Position numbers and translations under genes: made by a program
Assembly: GCA_044426085.1 (NCBI GenBank)
Contig: JAWXUU010000001.1
Coordinates: 15,084-79,083, forward strand
Reading direction: 5' to 3'
Origin: Bacillota bacterium
GTDB taxonomy: Bacteria > Bacillota > Clostridia > Christensenellales > CAMQZB01
Length of the DNA: 64,000 nt
Shown: positions 25,860 to 36,302 of the stretch, piece after piece
Position numbering within the stretch: position 1 is the first letter of the stretch
Layout: each line of letters begins with the position of its first letter
Notes under the pieces: generated by a model
What the model was told of the DNA's origin: nothing
What the model saw: the letters and a program-made list of their open reading frames with translations, nothing else
Database searches by the model: none

Positions 25860-26978
25860 ATGGATAAGAGCACAAACGATAATCTTGCAAAGCTAAATAT
25901 TTACGATGAACAAACATTTAGAAATACTGTTAATCAAAATATACGCAGTATTACCACAAGTAACGGCTGGAGCCAACAGGATCTAGCTAATATTCTAGGA
26001 GTATCTAAAGCTACAGTAAACAGCTACTATGACCCAAAAGGCACAGCAATGCCTAACCTCGCTGCAATGTTTCGCTTTTCTGAATACACTGGAATTCCAA
26101 TCAATGACATTCAATTTCAAGATTTCACTCCATCGCATCCAAACATAAACGAAGATGAATGTTATAAAAAATACATAGGCAACTACCATATTGCTTATAT
26201 AGACACTTCAGGAATAGGCAAGATAAATAACACAATAACAGACTTGCAAGAACTTGCAATTTCATATGGTGTTATCAGTATTGTAAAGGCAAATAACACC
26301 ATTGAAACTTTAACAAGATCCGCAATTAAGGTATTTTGCAAGTTCGGAATGACAAAAGAAGATTCATTATCGATTAAAGAATCCGCAGATTCATTAATGG
26401 AAAAGAATGACCATCTTGGAATTAGAAAATTATATATGAGTAGAGATAAATTTAGCATAGGGTCTATTGATATATTCAACAATAATCAATTCTTAAATAT
26501 ATCAGTTGATGGCTTCGATAATGGGTTATCTCAAATAAGTAATAGAACAAACAAACAAAATATTGACTATAAAAAAACTGACAAGATTTCAATAACTCTA
26601 TATATTCCAAACTCAAATAGAACAGAATATATAGGCGGTGCTGGACTAATTTCGTCTATATCAAGAGGACGAAACAAAATCCCGTGCAGTCAGGAAATCG
26701 TTATTTCTAAAAAGAACTTGACCGACGAGCTTATACCCGATATAAAATTATTTTTAATAAGAACTAGGCACAAATTCAAACTCAGGACGGTTGCAGAAAA
26801 AATATACAAGTACGTAAAGGAAGTCTACCCTGAATATAACGAGGAAGTTTCTAAAATATTGATTGAAAATTGTATATGTGCTGAATTTACAAATGAATAT
26901 AATAAACATCTCACTCAATCCCTATACCTATTTGACCACGATGACGATACTTGCTACGATATACTGAAAAAACTTTAA
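25860..26978 (+). CDS. XRE-family HTH regulator with a large uncharacterised C-terminal domain
   Basis: N-terminal NIRSITTSNGWSQQDLANILGVSKATVNSYYDPKG is a Cro/C1-type HTH. The remaining ~300 aa are unknown. Confidence 0.7.
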   Translation: MDKSTNDNLAKLNIYDEQTFRNTVNQNIRSITTSNGWSQQDLANILGVSKATVNSYYDPKGTAMPNLAAMFRFSEYTGIPINDIQFQDFTPSHPNINEDECYKKYIGNYHIAYIDTSGIGKINNTITDLQELAISYGVISIVKANNTIETLTRSAIKVFCKFGMTKEDSLSIKESADSLMEKNDHLGIRKLYMSRDKFSIGSIDIFNNNQFLNISVDGFDNGLSQISNRTNKQNIDYKKTDKISITLYIPNSNRTEYIGGAGLISSISRGRNKIPCSQEIVISKKNLTDELIPDIKLFLIRTRHKFKLRTVAEKIYKYVKEVYPEYNEEVSKILIENCICAEFTNEYNKHLTQSLYLFDHDDDTCYDILKKL

Positions 26979-26995
26979 TTTAAAGGAGAGAATAT

Positions 26996-28462
26996 ATGTA
27001 CACACCTACTGAACCCAAACAACCAGGAAATAATGTAAAATATCTTGACTCAGCTTTTGCTGAATTTTACCAAAAGATACGGAATGCATCAGTAACTACA
27101 GTATATAATCTAACTAGAATTGAAAAAGCATACCAGATCGCCAAGCAATACCACGGCAACTCTTTGCGCAAATCAGGCGAACTATATCTTTATCATCCAC
27201 TTGAAGTTGCAACTATTGTTTTCAAAGGCGGATATGATACAGATACTATCATTGCAAGCTTGCTACACGATGCACTCGAGGATACAAAGTATACTGAGCA
27301 GCAAATGCGAGATGACTTTGGCGATATTGTCCTCAACTATGTTAAAGCTGTCACTGAAGTAAAAGCTACAATTGATAAACCACTGACTAAAACTGATATT
27401 CAACAAGCAACAGATAAACACTTGTATGAAATGGGCGATGAGTATCGATTTGCTTTCTTTATTAAATTTGCCGATCGCGTACATAATCTTTTTACAATTA
27501 AAGGATTTCCAAGTGATAAAATCGCAGAAAAAGTTCGTCACACAAAAGATGTTTTGTTGCCTGCTTGCAAATATTATCATTGTCAAGAAATGTACGACAC
27601 ACTATCTGATGCTTGCCTATACGCTCTTAATCCAGATGTATACGAATCATTGCACCACCAAATTGAGAAGCATTTCAGAATCTCTGAATCTGATAACGCC
27701 AAAACAATCCGAGCCATCAAACAATCCGCTTTGGCCCATGAAATCGATATTACATTTACCGCACCAACAAAACCAAGGAGCTATAAAGTAGCCGCGGAAC
27801 TACGCCAGGTAAACCCCAAAATTAAACTTACGGAGCCATCTCTATTCTCGTATTATAAATATTCACCAAAAAGCAATGCGTTTATAATTTTTGATGAAAA
27901 ATTGGATGCTTCACAATTACTATCTGAGTTCTTCAGAATCATTTCCAAGTTTATGTATCATGAAGCCGAAGATTCAACACACCTTAATCTTTGTGATACA
28001 AAGCCAATACTAGATACTAACAACAATCTATGTATCGTTGATTTAGTAAATCAATACGGGAACGTTATGACATTCACACTGATTTCTAGAGATAACTATG
28101 CTACATATAGGAACGGAATCGGAATCAACTATGATAGACCACTATACGACCCTGAAGATGTATTGAACATTGGTAAATCAACAGAAGTACTAACAAGAAA
28201 TGGCGAAAAAATTTCTCTAGCCGGCGAAAAACCAACCGCCTTAGACTTCGCATTTCTTATATCAACAGATCTCGCAGTCCATGCTGCTGGCGTCAAAATC
28301 AACAATAATATCGCCGATTTAAAAACAATACTCAAAGAAGGTCAACGCATCGAGATTCTAACCTCAACCGAATACACTCATTCAATCGATTGGTTCCTAG
28401 ACATGAACACCCGATGCGCAAAAAAACGATTCATTGAATTTCTAAAAAGAACTTCATCATAA
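26996..28462 (+). CDS. RelA/SpoT-homolog: intact HD (alarmone hydrolase-type) domain, degenerate middle region, C-terminal TGS-like domain
   Basis: RKSGELYLYHPLEVATIV, LLHDALEDT and FADRVHNL form the HD domain. No recognisable synthetase motifs of the GRxK or EIQIRT type. The C-terminal ALDFAFLISTDLAVHAAGVKINNNIADLKTILKEGQRIEILTS is TGS-like. Confidence 0.7.
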   Translation: MYTPTEPKQPGNNVKYLDSAFAEFYQKIRNASVTTVYNLTRIEKAYQIAKQYHGNSLRKSGELYLYHPLEVATIVFKGGYDTDTIIASLLHDALEDTKYTEQQMRDDFGDIVLNYVKAVTEVKATIDKPLTKTDIQQATDKHLYEMGDEYRFAFFIKFADRVHNLFTIKGFPSDKIAEKVRHTKDVLLPACKYYHCQEMYDTLSDACLYALNPDVYESLHHQIEKHFRISESDNAKTIRAIKQSALAHEIDITFTAPTKPRSYKVAAELRQVNPKIKLTEPSLFSYYKYSPKSNAFIIFDEKLDASQLLSEFFRIISKFMYHEAEDSTHLNLCDTKPILDTNNNLCIVDLVNQYGNVMTFTLISRDNYATYRNGIGINYDRPLYDPEDVLNIGKSTEVLTRNGEKISLAGEKPTALDFAFLISTDLAVHAAGVKINNNIADLKTILKEGQRIEILTSTEYTHSIDWFLDMNTRCAKKRFIEFLKRTSS

Positions 28463-28488
28463 AACTCCTTAAATACTCATTTATACTT

Positions 28489-28530
28489 AAATGCACTCCA
28501 AGAGTTTTAACCGACTTTTGGAGTGCATTT
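28489..28530. terminator. Bidirectional-looking hairpin after the Rel-like gene
   Basis: aaatgcactccaa-(16 nt)-ttggagtgcattt, a 13-bp stem flanked by A/T. Confidence 0.6.
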
Positions 28531-28675
28531 AAATATTGCGTGGAATATATAGAAAGCTCTGCATAAATCATATATAATGTGCTAGCTTTTTTATTTGTTT
28601 AAATATAGCACTTTGTGTATAAGCTTAAATAAAGTGAAATTTTCTAACTTTGATATATATAATTTACAAAACACA

Positions 28676-28713
28676 AGAAAAAATAACCCGCTTAAGACGC
28701 AAATTAAGTGGGA
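28676..28713 (-). terminator. Rho-independent terminator for the minus-strand defence operon
   Basis: On the minus strand the stem cccacttaa/ttaagcggg is followed by ttattttttct. Confidence 0.55.
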
Positions 28714-28852
28714 GTTTAACCTCTCACTCAATTTTATACAAGTTATTATTGCTTTTATAGCTATGTCCACATCTCCAACATTGATTATAGAACCTTATTT
28801 TAGAGGAACATTTACACACAACTTAACCAATATATTTAATCAATGTCGAGCT

Positions 28853-29806
28853 TTACTTATAAATCACTTCATGCTTATTGCAACAAATATCCACTTTTGC
28901 ATTTTGAGAAGTGCTGACGATTTTTGCAACACCGATTTTACTGACTAATCCATGGAAATATTCAGTTGATTGTATACTTTTAAACAATTCCATTCTATTA
29001 TTATAAGCATTTGTGCTATTAATATATTTTTCAGGATCTTTATTGATTTCATCAGCATACTGTGGTGATTTTATTATTTCATTGTTCAGCTTATCATTAA
29101 AATCTTTGAATTCTTTTTCTAAGGTTTGAATTGATTTAGTCTGGTATTTTTTAATTAAAATAGCCTCACTCAGCTTATCCAAATCCCGAATTTCGCTATC
29201 TGCTATATTGCTTTGCGTAACTCTTGTTGCATCGAAACAAATAACTTCAAATACATCTGAACCTTGTCTTGTGTTAATATCTTCATGTTTTACCAATTTG
29301 ATAGAATCATCCTTGTAATAAATATTCAGGATATATAAAGCTCCCAATGCTGCAATAAGGTTTTGAACATTCCCTTTCTCCAAGGAATTTTGCCTGTCAT
29401 GTTTCAATGATTGATAGGCTTGTTTCCATTTACTTCCTGAATTGCCTTGCTTATTTGCTTTTTTAAGCGGAGTCAAAATTCGGCTATCTTCTTTTTCAAA
29501 ATAAAAATTCGCTGCAGCAATAATTATCTTTTTCTTGCTTAGATGCCATTTGTTTTCCAAATAATCAATGCAATCAGTATCAAAATATAGATTTATTTCT
29601 TTTCCTTTGTCATTGAATTTTGCAACTCCTCCATTCATGCTATAAAGAGCTTTAGAGATTGCTTCAATTTCGATTGCACACCTGACAATAAGGTCCGCAA
29701 TCTTCATTGAATACACATTGAGTTGTTTATCCGAAAAATGAATGTTATCCGCTAACTTCAAAACTTCTTTTTCTAAATTTTTATATACAGACCAAAATAA
29801 ATTCAT
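28853..29806 (-). CDS. Hypothetical protein at the 3' end of the R-M operon (317 aa)
   Basis: Strong RBS GAGGAGGGG. Helical protein with the motif KWKQAYQSLKHDRQNSLEKGNV. No canonical HEPN Rx4-6H motif can be asserted. Confidence 0.6.
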   Translation of the reverse strand: MNLFWSVYKNLEKEVLKLADNIHFSDKQLNVYSMKIADLIVRCAIEIEAISKALYSMNGGVAKFNDKGKEINLYFDTDCIDYLENKWHLSKKKIIIAAANFYFEKEDSRILTPLKKANKQGNSGSKWKQAYQSLKHDRQNSLEKGNVQNLIAALGALYILNIYYKDDSIKLVKHEDINTRQGSDVFEVICFDATRVTQSNIADSEIRDLDKLSEAILIKKYQTKSIQTLEKEFKDFNDKLNNEIIKSPQYADEINKDPEKYINSTNAYNNRMELFKSIQSTEYFHGLVSKIGVAKIVSTSQNAKVDICCNKHEVIYK

Positions 29807-29839
29807 CTATTTCCCCTCCTCGCAATTTTCCAAACACCA

Positions 29840-32800
29840 CTACATCTTCACCTTAAATTCATTCCAAGATTTTGCGAGGCGGAGTTCTGAATTGTTGTTT
29901 AGCGCTTCAAAGTGAGCTTTTCCGCAATGGATTCTTGCGTTTTCTTTTCCTCTTAAGTCATCCGAATCTGTTGAGCCTTTTGTTTCCAAGACAAAGTAAA
30001 GTTTTTCACCTTCATCTTTATTCATATAAACTGCCCAATCGGGATTGTATGAACCAATTGGAGTTTTAATTTTGAATCTTGCTGGGATTTTGAAAAACAT
30101 TTTGACTTCAGGATCACTATCAAGTGCCACTGCAAAAGGTTTTTCCACTGTTGAGCTATCATATACCACATAATCATACACGCTATTTTTCACTTCAACT
30201 GCATTTCTTTCAAGGTTAGCAAGTATTTCGGTGCTGTCGAAAATCTCTTGCACGTAATATTCTTCCCCATCGAGTTTTATGTAGCTGATACCATCTATTG
30301 CTAGATTGTGCCTAGTCTTTCTGATTATTTTTTGAACGTTCTCAAGATATGATTGTGGATTGATTAAAAACTCTTTCAATCTTCCACTTTCAACAAGAAT
30401 GCGCCTTACTGTTTCTCTTTTTATCAAAGACTCCTCGTTGATAATATTGATGATATGTGGCAACTTATCATATGAACTTTGAATTTCTTCCGTTCTGATT
30501 GCTCTCTCGTTGTGAGAGACACCCATATTTTCAATATTTATATCAGCAGTTTGATTTATCAATTTAGCTTTTGTGATAGCGGGCATTTCTTTAATCTCTT
30601 TAATGCACAGCTCAACGAGCTTCTCACTGTCGATTGCTACCCTATATGTTGTTTTTTGTTTAATTCTGCTCCATAAGTCTTGGAACTCTTCCGAAATAAG
30701 GACTTGCTTTTTGAGCTTTACAACAACTTCGTTTTGAGCATTGCGCACCATTGGTTTTGTGTTCGCACTCACGGCAAGGTTTTCAATCTTTTTTCTTACC
30801 ATTTCAAATTTCTTTGGCAAATCTAGTGTGCCGTTGGCTAAATCATATTTCATTGTGTCTTTGACCTTGCCATTTGCTGAAATATAGTTTTTTTCTTTTA
30901 AATGCTGAAAAATTTCTTTTGATTCTTCTTCGGTGATTGTTGTTTCTTGAGTTGTGATTTCAACATATTGCGTGCCAATCATTTCTTCACTGCTGACTGA
31001 TTGATTTTCACTGATAGCCTTTTGCAAACTTTCTTTTGCAATAAAAACTTCAACTGGCAACGATTTTGTTTCATCTTCCATGATTTCCACCGCTTTTGCA
31101 GTTGGCTTAAGGGCGCTATCAATCACACCAGCGCTCATCAAATATTCAATCGCAGCAGTCGCCTTGGCTTCATCAACTACTTTTTGTGTTTGAACTGGAG
31201 CATGATATACAATTCCTGTGAAAATATGGCTTTCCAATACGCCAAATTTAACACCTGTTTCCTTTTCGATTTCTCTTTGCAATGTGCTAGAAAATTCAGC
31301 AAAACTTTCGTTTGCCATAACGTGCAATACGTTAATATTTTTATCTTCGATTCTTTCGCCATCTTGATTTACACACAACCTCAAGCCACGTCCAATCTTT
31401 TGCCTGCACGTGAACTCTGTTTTTTGTTCAATCAATGTGCAAACTTGGAATACGTTTGGATTATCCCACCCTTCTTTCAAGGCAGAATGCGACCAAATGA
31501 AACGCAACGGACAATCAAAAGACAAAAGCCATTCTTTATCGCGCATGATTGTGTTATACGTGCTTTCATCAGCGACTGTATCACCTTTTGTGTTTTTCAA
31601 CTTACCTGATTTATCTTGTGAAAAATATCCGTTATGCGCTTTTTCAATATCAGGATTAAATTTCTCTCTTATTGTATCATATTTTGGGCGAGCCAACACG
31701 AGCGGGTAAAGCCTTTCAAACATTTCAGCATAAATGCCCTTTTCACCATCAACTGTGCGATATTTCTTAACTTCATCAATAAAGAATAGCGAAAGCACTT
31801 TGATACCTTTATCATGATACATAAGTTCTTTATCAAGATGAGCTTCGATAGTTCGTTTGATTTGAGCTTCTTTCAAAAGATTTTCATCATATTCACCAAT
31901 AGACTTTTCAAGCATTACAACTTCTGTGTTTTGAAATTCAACACTTTCCATTTTAGGCGTGCAATCTATGCCAACCACTTGATAGCCCTCGTATATATCT
32001 CTTTCGCCCGACAAGATGAACAAGTCATCACCCTGCTTCACTGTTTTTATCTTGCGTGAAACTATGCCTTCTGCATTTTTGATATCAAGTTCTATTTTAG
32101 CTTTAAATCCACCACTTGAACTTACAGATAGCAATTTCACATACGGCTTATTAAAGTCATTTTCTATTCTGTTTGAAGAAACGACAATTTGCTTAACAAG
32201 CCCAATTCTATACGCATCCACTGGTGTTAGCCTATAAAGCAAGTTTAGTTTATCTTTATGCGTTGCTGAATATCTCAACGTGAACAAAGCATTCAATCTT
32301 GCCATTGCTTCCTTTGCCTTATCTGTTCCATCCACACTTTGTGGCTCATCGATAATAACAACTGGTCTTGAATCAGCAATATATCTCATTGGCGCTTCGC
32401 CACCAACTTTTTCGCTCTCATCTCTGTTGATAATATTATCATCTTTATTGAAAGAATCTATATTGATTATCATAACTTGAATTGTGTTACCACTTGCAAA
32501 ACTTCTCAAAGAAGAAAGTTTTGACGAATGATATACAAAAAATGATATTGGAACATTGTTATATTCATTTGCAAAATATTCTGCTGTAACATTCAATGAT
32601 TTAACAGCACCTTCCCTTATCGCAACAGATGGCACAACTATAACAAACTTAGTGAATCCATATTTTTTGTTCAGTTCATATATCGTTTTGATATAAACAA
32701 AGGTCTTACCTGTTCCTGTTTCCATTTCCACGCAGAAATTATTCCCTTCAAGGTCATGAGTTAAAGGAAGTCCGTTTGCCCTTTGCACGTCGTTCATGTT

Positions 32801-32995
32801 TTGCAAAATTTGCTCATCACTAATACAAATTTGATTTCCAATGCCTAGTTCCCCATGAAACATTCCCATTTGCACGTCGCTACCAACAGAAAAGACTGTA
32901 TCATTCTTTTCTTGCCCTAGAAACAAATTGCAAACTGAATCCACCGCTTGATTTTGGAAGTCTTGATTTTTAAATTTAAGTTTCACTTTCTCCAC
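29840..32995 (-). CDS. res: Type III restriction enzyme Res subunit (SF2 helicase plus PD-(D/E)xK nuclease)
   Basis: Motif I EMETGTGKTFVY, motif II VVIIDEPQS and SALKEGWDNPNVF. C-terminal nuclease motif YNPDWAVY...YFVLETKGS. Confidence 0.85.
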   Translation of the reverse strand: MEKVKLKFKNQDFQNQAVDSVCNLFLGQEKNDTVFSVGSDVQMGMFHGELGIGNQICISDEQILQNMNDVQRANGLPLTHDLEGNNFCVEMETGTGKTFVYIKTIYELNKKYGFTKFVIVVPSVAIREGAVKSLNVTAEYFANEYNNVPISFFVYHSSKLSSLRSFASGNTIQVMIINIDSFNKDDNIINRDESEKVGGEAPMRYIADSRPVVIIDEPQSVDGTDKAKEAMARLNALFTLRYSATHKDKLNLLYRLTPVDAYRIGLVKQIVVSSNRIENDFNKPYVKLLSVSSSGGFKAKIELDIKNAEGIVSRKIKTVKQGDDLFILSGERDIYEGYQVVGIDCTPKMESVEFQNTEVVMLEKSIGEYDENLLKEAQIKRTIEAHLDKELMYHDKGIKVLSLFFIDEVKKYRTVDGEKGIYAEMFERLYPLVLARPKYDTIREKFNPDIEKAHNGYFSQDKSGKLKNTKGDTVADESTYNTIMRDKEWLLSFDCPLRFIWSHSALKEGWDNPNVFQVCTLIEQKTEFTCRQKIGRGLRLCVNQDGERIEDKNINVLHVMANESFAEFSSTLQREIEKETGVKFGVLESHIFTGIVYHAPVQTQKVVDEAKATAAIEYLMSAGVIDSALKPTAKAVEIMEDETKSLPVEVFIAKESLQKAISENQSVSSEEMIGTQYVEITTQETTITEEESKEIFQHLKEKNYISANGKVKDTMKYDLANGTLDLPKKFEMVRKKIENLAVSANTKPMVRNAQNEVVVKLKKQVLISEEFQDLWSRIKQKTTYRVAIDSEKLVELCIKEIKEMPAITKAKLINQTADINIENMGVSHNERAIRTEEIQSSYDKLPHIINIINEESLIKRETVRRILVESGRLKEFLINPQSYLENVQKIIRKTRHNLAIDGISYIKLDGEEYYVQEIFDSTEILANLERNAVEVKNSVYDYVVYDSSTVEKPFAVALDSDPEVKMFFKIPARFKIKTPIGSYNPDWAVYMNKDEGEKLYFVLETKGSTDSDDLRGKENARIHCGKAHFEALNNNSELRLAKSWNEFKVKM

Positions 32996-33818
32996 TTCCT
33001 TTTAATTCTTTAAGGTTTTTAGCATTCTTGCTTGTGACAACTTTTTTGCCAGTTGATTGTTCAAGTTGCTCTCTTGCCACCTTTGCAACATTTCCGCCCT
33101 GTCTTGCAACATTGCGATTTTCTGCAAATGTTTCGGGATTAACCTCTTTTGAAATATCAGTTGTTGCAACTTCTGCAAGCATATTCAAAACAAGTTCTGT
33201 GTTAGTCATATTGTCACGTAGGCTTTCTTTTTTCAAGCCCTTATATTGCTTATATTCGCTTGTTGTTTTGCCACTCCAAGCCTTTGTTATCTCGTTTGTG
33301 AGTATGGCAAATTCCTCGCCTTTTTTAACTCCACGGCTTTCCCATTCATCAGTGAGTTCTTTTCTGACTTCTATGCTTTTCAATCTTTGGTTTATCCATT
33401 TTTCTGAATAGCCTTTTCTGAGATATGTTTCAAGCGCTCTGTCGATTGCAAGTTCAGGATCAGCGATTTCATCTAGTCTGTCACTTCCCACCTTAGCAAG
33501 CCACATTTTGAAAGGTTCTGCCTTTTTTGATGGAATGGATTGAATAAGGCGAAGTATTCCTTTTGTATTGGCAGATAAAACTTTCCTCTTTTTTCCCGTA
33601 CTTCCAACCATTTCTACCTGGGGACAATTTGTCCCTAGGTAGATTGCAAGTTCTTCATCACGTTTTCGCATTTTCTTCAAATAATCTGTTGGATTAGCAC
33701 TATCAGTTAGTGCCGCAACAACGTCAACAACAGCAAAATACCATTCTTCTTTTTCACTATCCCAATGCGTTCTTATTTGAGTTTCTTCAAATAGCTTTAT
33801 TGATTTATCTTTTTCCAT
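32976..33818 (-). CDS. BRO-N / DinD-like DNA-binding protein inserted between mod and res
   Basis: FEETQIRTHWDSEKEEWYFAVVDVVAALT is Bro-N-like. The C-terminal YKGLKKESLRDNMTNTELVLNMLAE resembles recalled E. coli DinD. ATG 33818 is preferred, immediately after the upstream stop and with an AGAAGGA RBS. Confidence 0.65.
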   Translation of the reverse strand: MEKDKSIKLFEETQIRTHWDSEKEEWYFAVVDVVAALTDSANPTDYLKKMRKRDEELAIYLGTNCPQVEMVGSTGKKRKVLSANTKGILRLIQSIPSKKAEPFKMWLAKVGSDRLDEIADPELAIDRALETYLRKGYSEKWINQRLKSIEVRKELTDEWESRGVKKGEEFAILTNEITKAWSGKTTSEYKQYKGLKKESLRDNMTNTELVLNMLAEVATTDISKEVNPETFAENRNVARQGGNVAKVAREQLEQSTGKKVVTSKNAKNLKELKGSGESET

Positions 33819-33819
33819 T

Positions 33820-34365
33820 TTATTTTCCTTCTTTTGCTTTGTTCCATTCAATCTTAAGGTAAATACGCATTATTTCACTAAATTTTTCAATTTGTTCTTT
33901 ATGTGTTTTTACATTTTCTATTTCAAACCTTCTCATATCAGTTAAATACTTAACTATCTGTTCATTTTTACCACTATTTGTTTTTTTATTAAAAATATCA
34001 ATATTCTCACAATCTTCATCTTCAGGACCAAAATACAACACTAGCATTTCCAATCTTTCCAAGGGCACACCATTAAACTTATTTTCAAAATAAAGTATCC
34101 CTTTCTGTTTATGCACTGGTTGCGATTTATCTAAAGTTACTTCAGATATAAAACTAGTATAGCTAGAAATAAACTCTGCAGACTGTTTCCTAACATTTTG
34201 TATCCATTCTATTCTCGCACTTGAAGTTTGCAGTTTTTTTGTACTCCATGTGGTAAAAAGTACTGAAAACAGTGAAATACTTACTGCTATAAATGCTAGA
34301 ATTTCTGTCCAAGGAATATTTGATTCTTCAGCAGCTGATTCTGCTAGTATTGTAAATAAGCTCAT
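33820..34365 (-). CDS. Single-pass membrane protein of unknown function (181 aa)
   Basis: N-terminal TM helix ILAFIAVSISLFSVLFTTW, then a charged helical domain. Tightly packed between mod and the BRO-like gene. Confidence 0.55.
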   Translation of the reverse strand: MSLFTILAESAAEESNIPWTEILAFIAVSISLFSVLFTTWSTKKLQTSSARIEWIQNVRKQSAEFISSYTSFISEVTLDKSQPVHKQKGILYFENKFNGVPLERLEMLVLYFGPEDEDCENIDIFNKKTNSGKNEQIVKYLTDMRRFEIENVKTHKEQIEKFSEIMRIYLKIEWNKAKEGK

Positions 34366-34375
34366 AATCTAACTC

Positions 34376-36289
34376 CTATATAAGTCTCAAATCTATTTTC
34401 TTTTCTTTCAAGATATAGTGTGCATTTGAAAGTGCTGAATCGTTAGCAAATCCATGTTCGGCGCAAACTATTTTCGCTGGTGCATAGCTTGCCATTTCTT
34501 CAATATCTTCTGCTGTGATATTTTGTTCCAAGCAAATCAACAAAAGCAAGTCACCAACCACGTATACAATTTTTTCATTAACCTCAATATACGAAACATC
34601 CACATCAAGTGGCATTCCCAGTTTTAACATGATTTCTGAAACAACATCCATAGCGTTTCTATCTTCCTTAACACCATATACCATTTCATCAATTCTGCGG
34701 TGCAATTCTTCAACGTTTCCGTTAGCTATTGGTGTGCTATCCCATTGCTTTAGGTTTGATGTGTCAAGTTTGAAAACTTTGAACCCAACATCCAAGCCTT
34801 CTTTATCTGAATTTTCTTCCTTTATTTTAGCACCCGCTCTTCTTATGCGTTCTTTGCCTATTTCGCAAATATTCTCATATCCAGCTTTATATGCAGATTT
34901 TTTTTCATCTGTTTTTTCGGGTAATTGCACCATAATAAATTTACGATTACCACCATCCTCAGCATTAAGTTGCATCACAGAATGGGCAGTCGTTCCAGAT
35001 CCCGAAAAGAAGTCCAAGATAGTACACTCCTCCGCATGTCCTAAATGCAAACCTAATAACTGTTTTATCATATCTAATGGCTTAGGATTTTCAAAAATCA
35101 AACTTCCAAACGTATTTTTAATCCATCTTGTATCCACTGAATTATCGAAATACCAAAAATTATCAGGTACTGATACATCATCATCATTTATATAATCCTT
35201 TAAGCCTGGTGGGGTTGTATCATCTCCGTACCAAATCAAATCTTCCGCCTGCAATCTTAGTAATTCTTCATAAGATTTACCCCATCCTCTATTCGGAATA
35301 ACACATTCTTTGCCTGTATTAGGATTAATAATAGTATAATTTCGTGGACCATTTTCTCTTGACAAATCTGCATCCTTAAATACACCATTATCATCAACTT
35401 TATTCCACCTACTTAAATGAGAATACTTAGGCCTTGCATACATTTCTTTGATTTCTAAACTAATTTCAGCTAAACTCAAACCTTTATTTTTTAACTGAGT
35501 AAATTTTGCACTAACATCCTTTACGCCCTTCTTTCTAATTCTCCAAACAACATCTTTCATTTCAACTTTATTCTTGGCATATATTAAAATATACTCAGTG
35601 CTAATGCTCATTAATTTACTTTGATTCTTGGAAGAATTATTTTTATGCACAATTTTACCAATGAAATTTTCTTCACCAAAAACTTCATCGCATATTTTCT
35701 TTAAGTTAAACAACTCATCATCATCTATACTGATGAAAATAACCCCATCATCAGTCAAAAGATTACTAGCCAATCGTAAACGTGGGTACATCATATTTAG
35801 CCAATTTGTGTGATATCTACCCATTGTTTCAGGGTTAGATTTTGTTGCTTGACCTGTCACTTCTTTATATTTAGCAATAGGGTCTGCAAAATCATCTTGA
35901 TAAACAAAATCATTACCTGTGTTATATGGTGGGTCGATATAAATCATCTTGATTTTGCCATAATACGCAGTTTGAAGCAATTTCAAGACTTCAAGGTTAT
36001 CACCTTCGATATAAAGGTTCTTAGTTTCATCAAAATCTACACTTTCATCCTTGCAAGGGCGCAATGTTCCCGTTGAGCGCTTTTGTGCTAGTTTCAAACT
36101 TTCATACTTGCCTTTCCATTCAAATTTATATTTTTCAAAGCTATCATCAACAGCTTCGCCACACAAAGCAAGCAATTTTTCAGTATCCAATTTCCCATCG
36201 AAGAAACATTCTGGAAATAATTCTTGTAACTTGTTTTTGTTTATTTGCTCTATATCAAGAGTTTGTCCATTCATTTTTAAATCTGCCAT
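34376..36289 (-). CDS. mod: Type III R-M Mod subunit (N6-adenine / beta-class DNA methyltransferase)
   Basis: Motif IV IYIDPPYNTGNDF precedes motif I ILDFFSGSGTTAHS, with a variable middle (TRD). GGAG RBS. Confidence 0.85.
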   Translation of the reverse strand: MADLKMNGQTLDIEQINKNKLQELFPECFFDGKLDTEKLLALCGEAVDDSFEKYKFEWKGKYESLKLAQKRSTGTLRPCKDESVDFDETKNLYIEGDNLEVLKLLQTAYYGKIKMIYIDPPYNTGNDFVYQDDFADPIAKYKEVTGQATKSNPETMGRYHTNWLNMMYPRLRLASNLLTDDGVIFISIDDDELFNLKKICDEVFGEENFIGKIVHKNNSSKNQSKLMSISTEYILIYAKNKVEMKDVVWRIRKKGVKDVSAKFTQLKNKGLSLAEISLEIKEMYARPKYSHLSRWNKVDDNGVFKDADLSRENGPRNYTIINPNTGKECVIPNRGWGKSYEELLRLQAEDLIWYGDDTTPPGLKDYINDDDVSVPDNFWYFDNSVDTRWIKNTFGSLIFENPKPLDMIKQLLGLHLGHAEECTILDFFSGSGTTAHSVMQLNAEDGGNRKFIMVQLPEKTDEKKSAYKAGYENICEIGKERIRRAGAKIKEENSDKEGLDVGFKVFKLDTSNLKQWDSTPIANGNVEELHRRIDEMVYGVKEDRNAMDVVSEIMLKLGMPLDVDVSYIEVNEKIVYVVGDLLLLICLEQNITAEDIEEMASYAPAKIVCAEHGFANDSALSNAHYILKEKKIDLRLI

Positions 36290-36302
36290 TTTTCTCTCCT
36301 TA

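Noticed and set aside
28595-28948. 117-aa plus-strand ORF in the gap after the Rel-like gene.
   Set aside because: It has no RBS, runs through a minus-strand terminator and into the 3' end of ORF 28853-29806, and its composition looks non-coding.
28853-29806. Calling the 317-aa protein a HEPN/Abi-type RNase.
   Set aside because: Only a vague resemblance (KWKQAYQSLKHDRQN). No clear Rx4-6H motif could be placed, so it is left as hypothetical.
34376-36289. Phase-variable simple-sequence repeat in the Type III mod gene.
   Set aside because: Type III mod genes are often phase-variable, but reading the gene shows no tetra- or penta-nucleotide repeat tract or long homopolymer.
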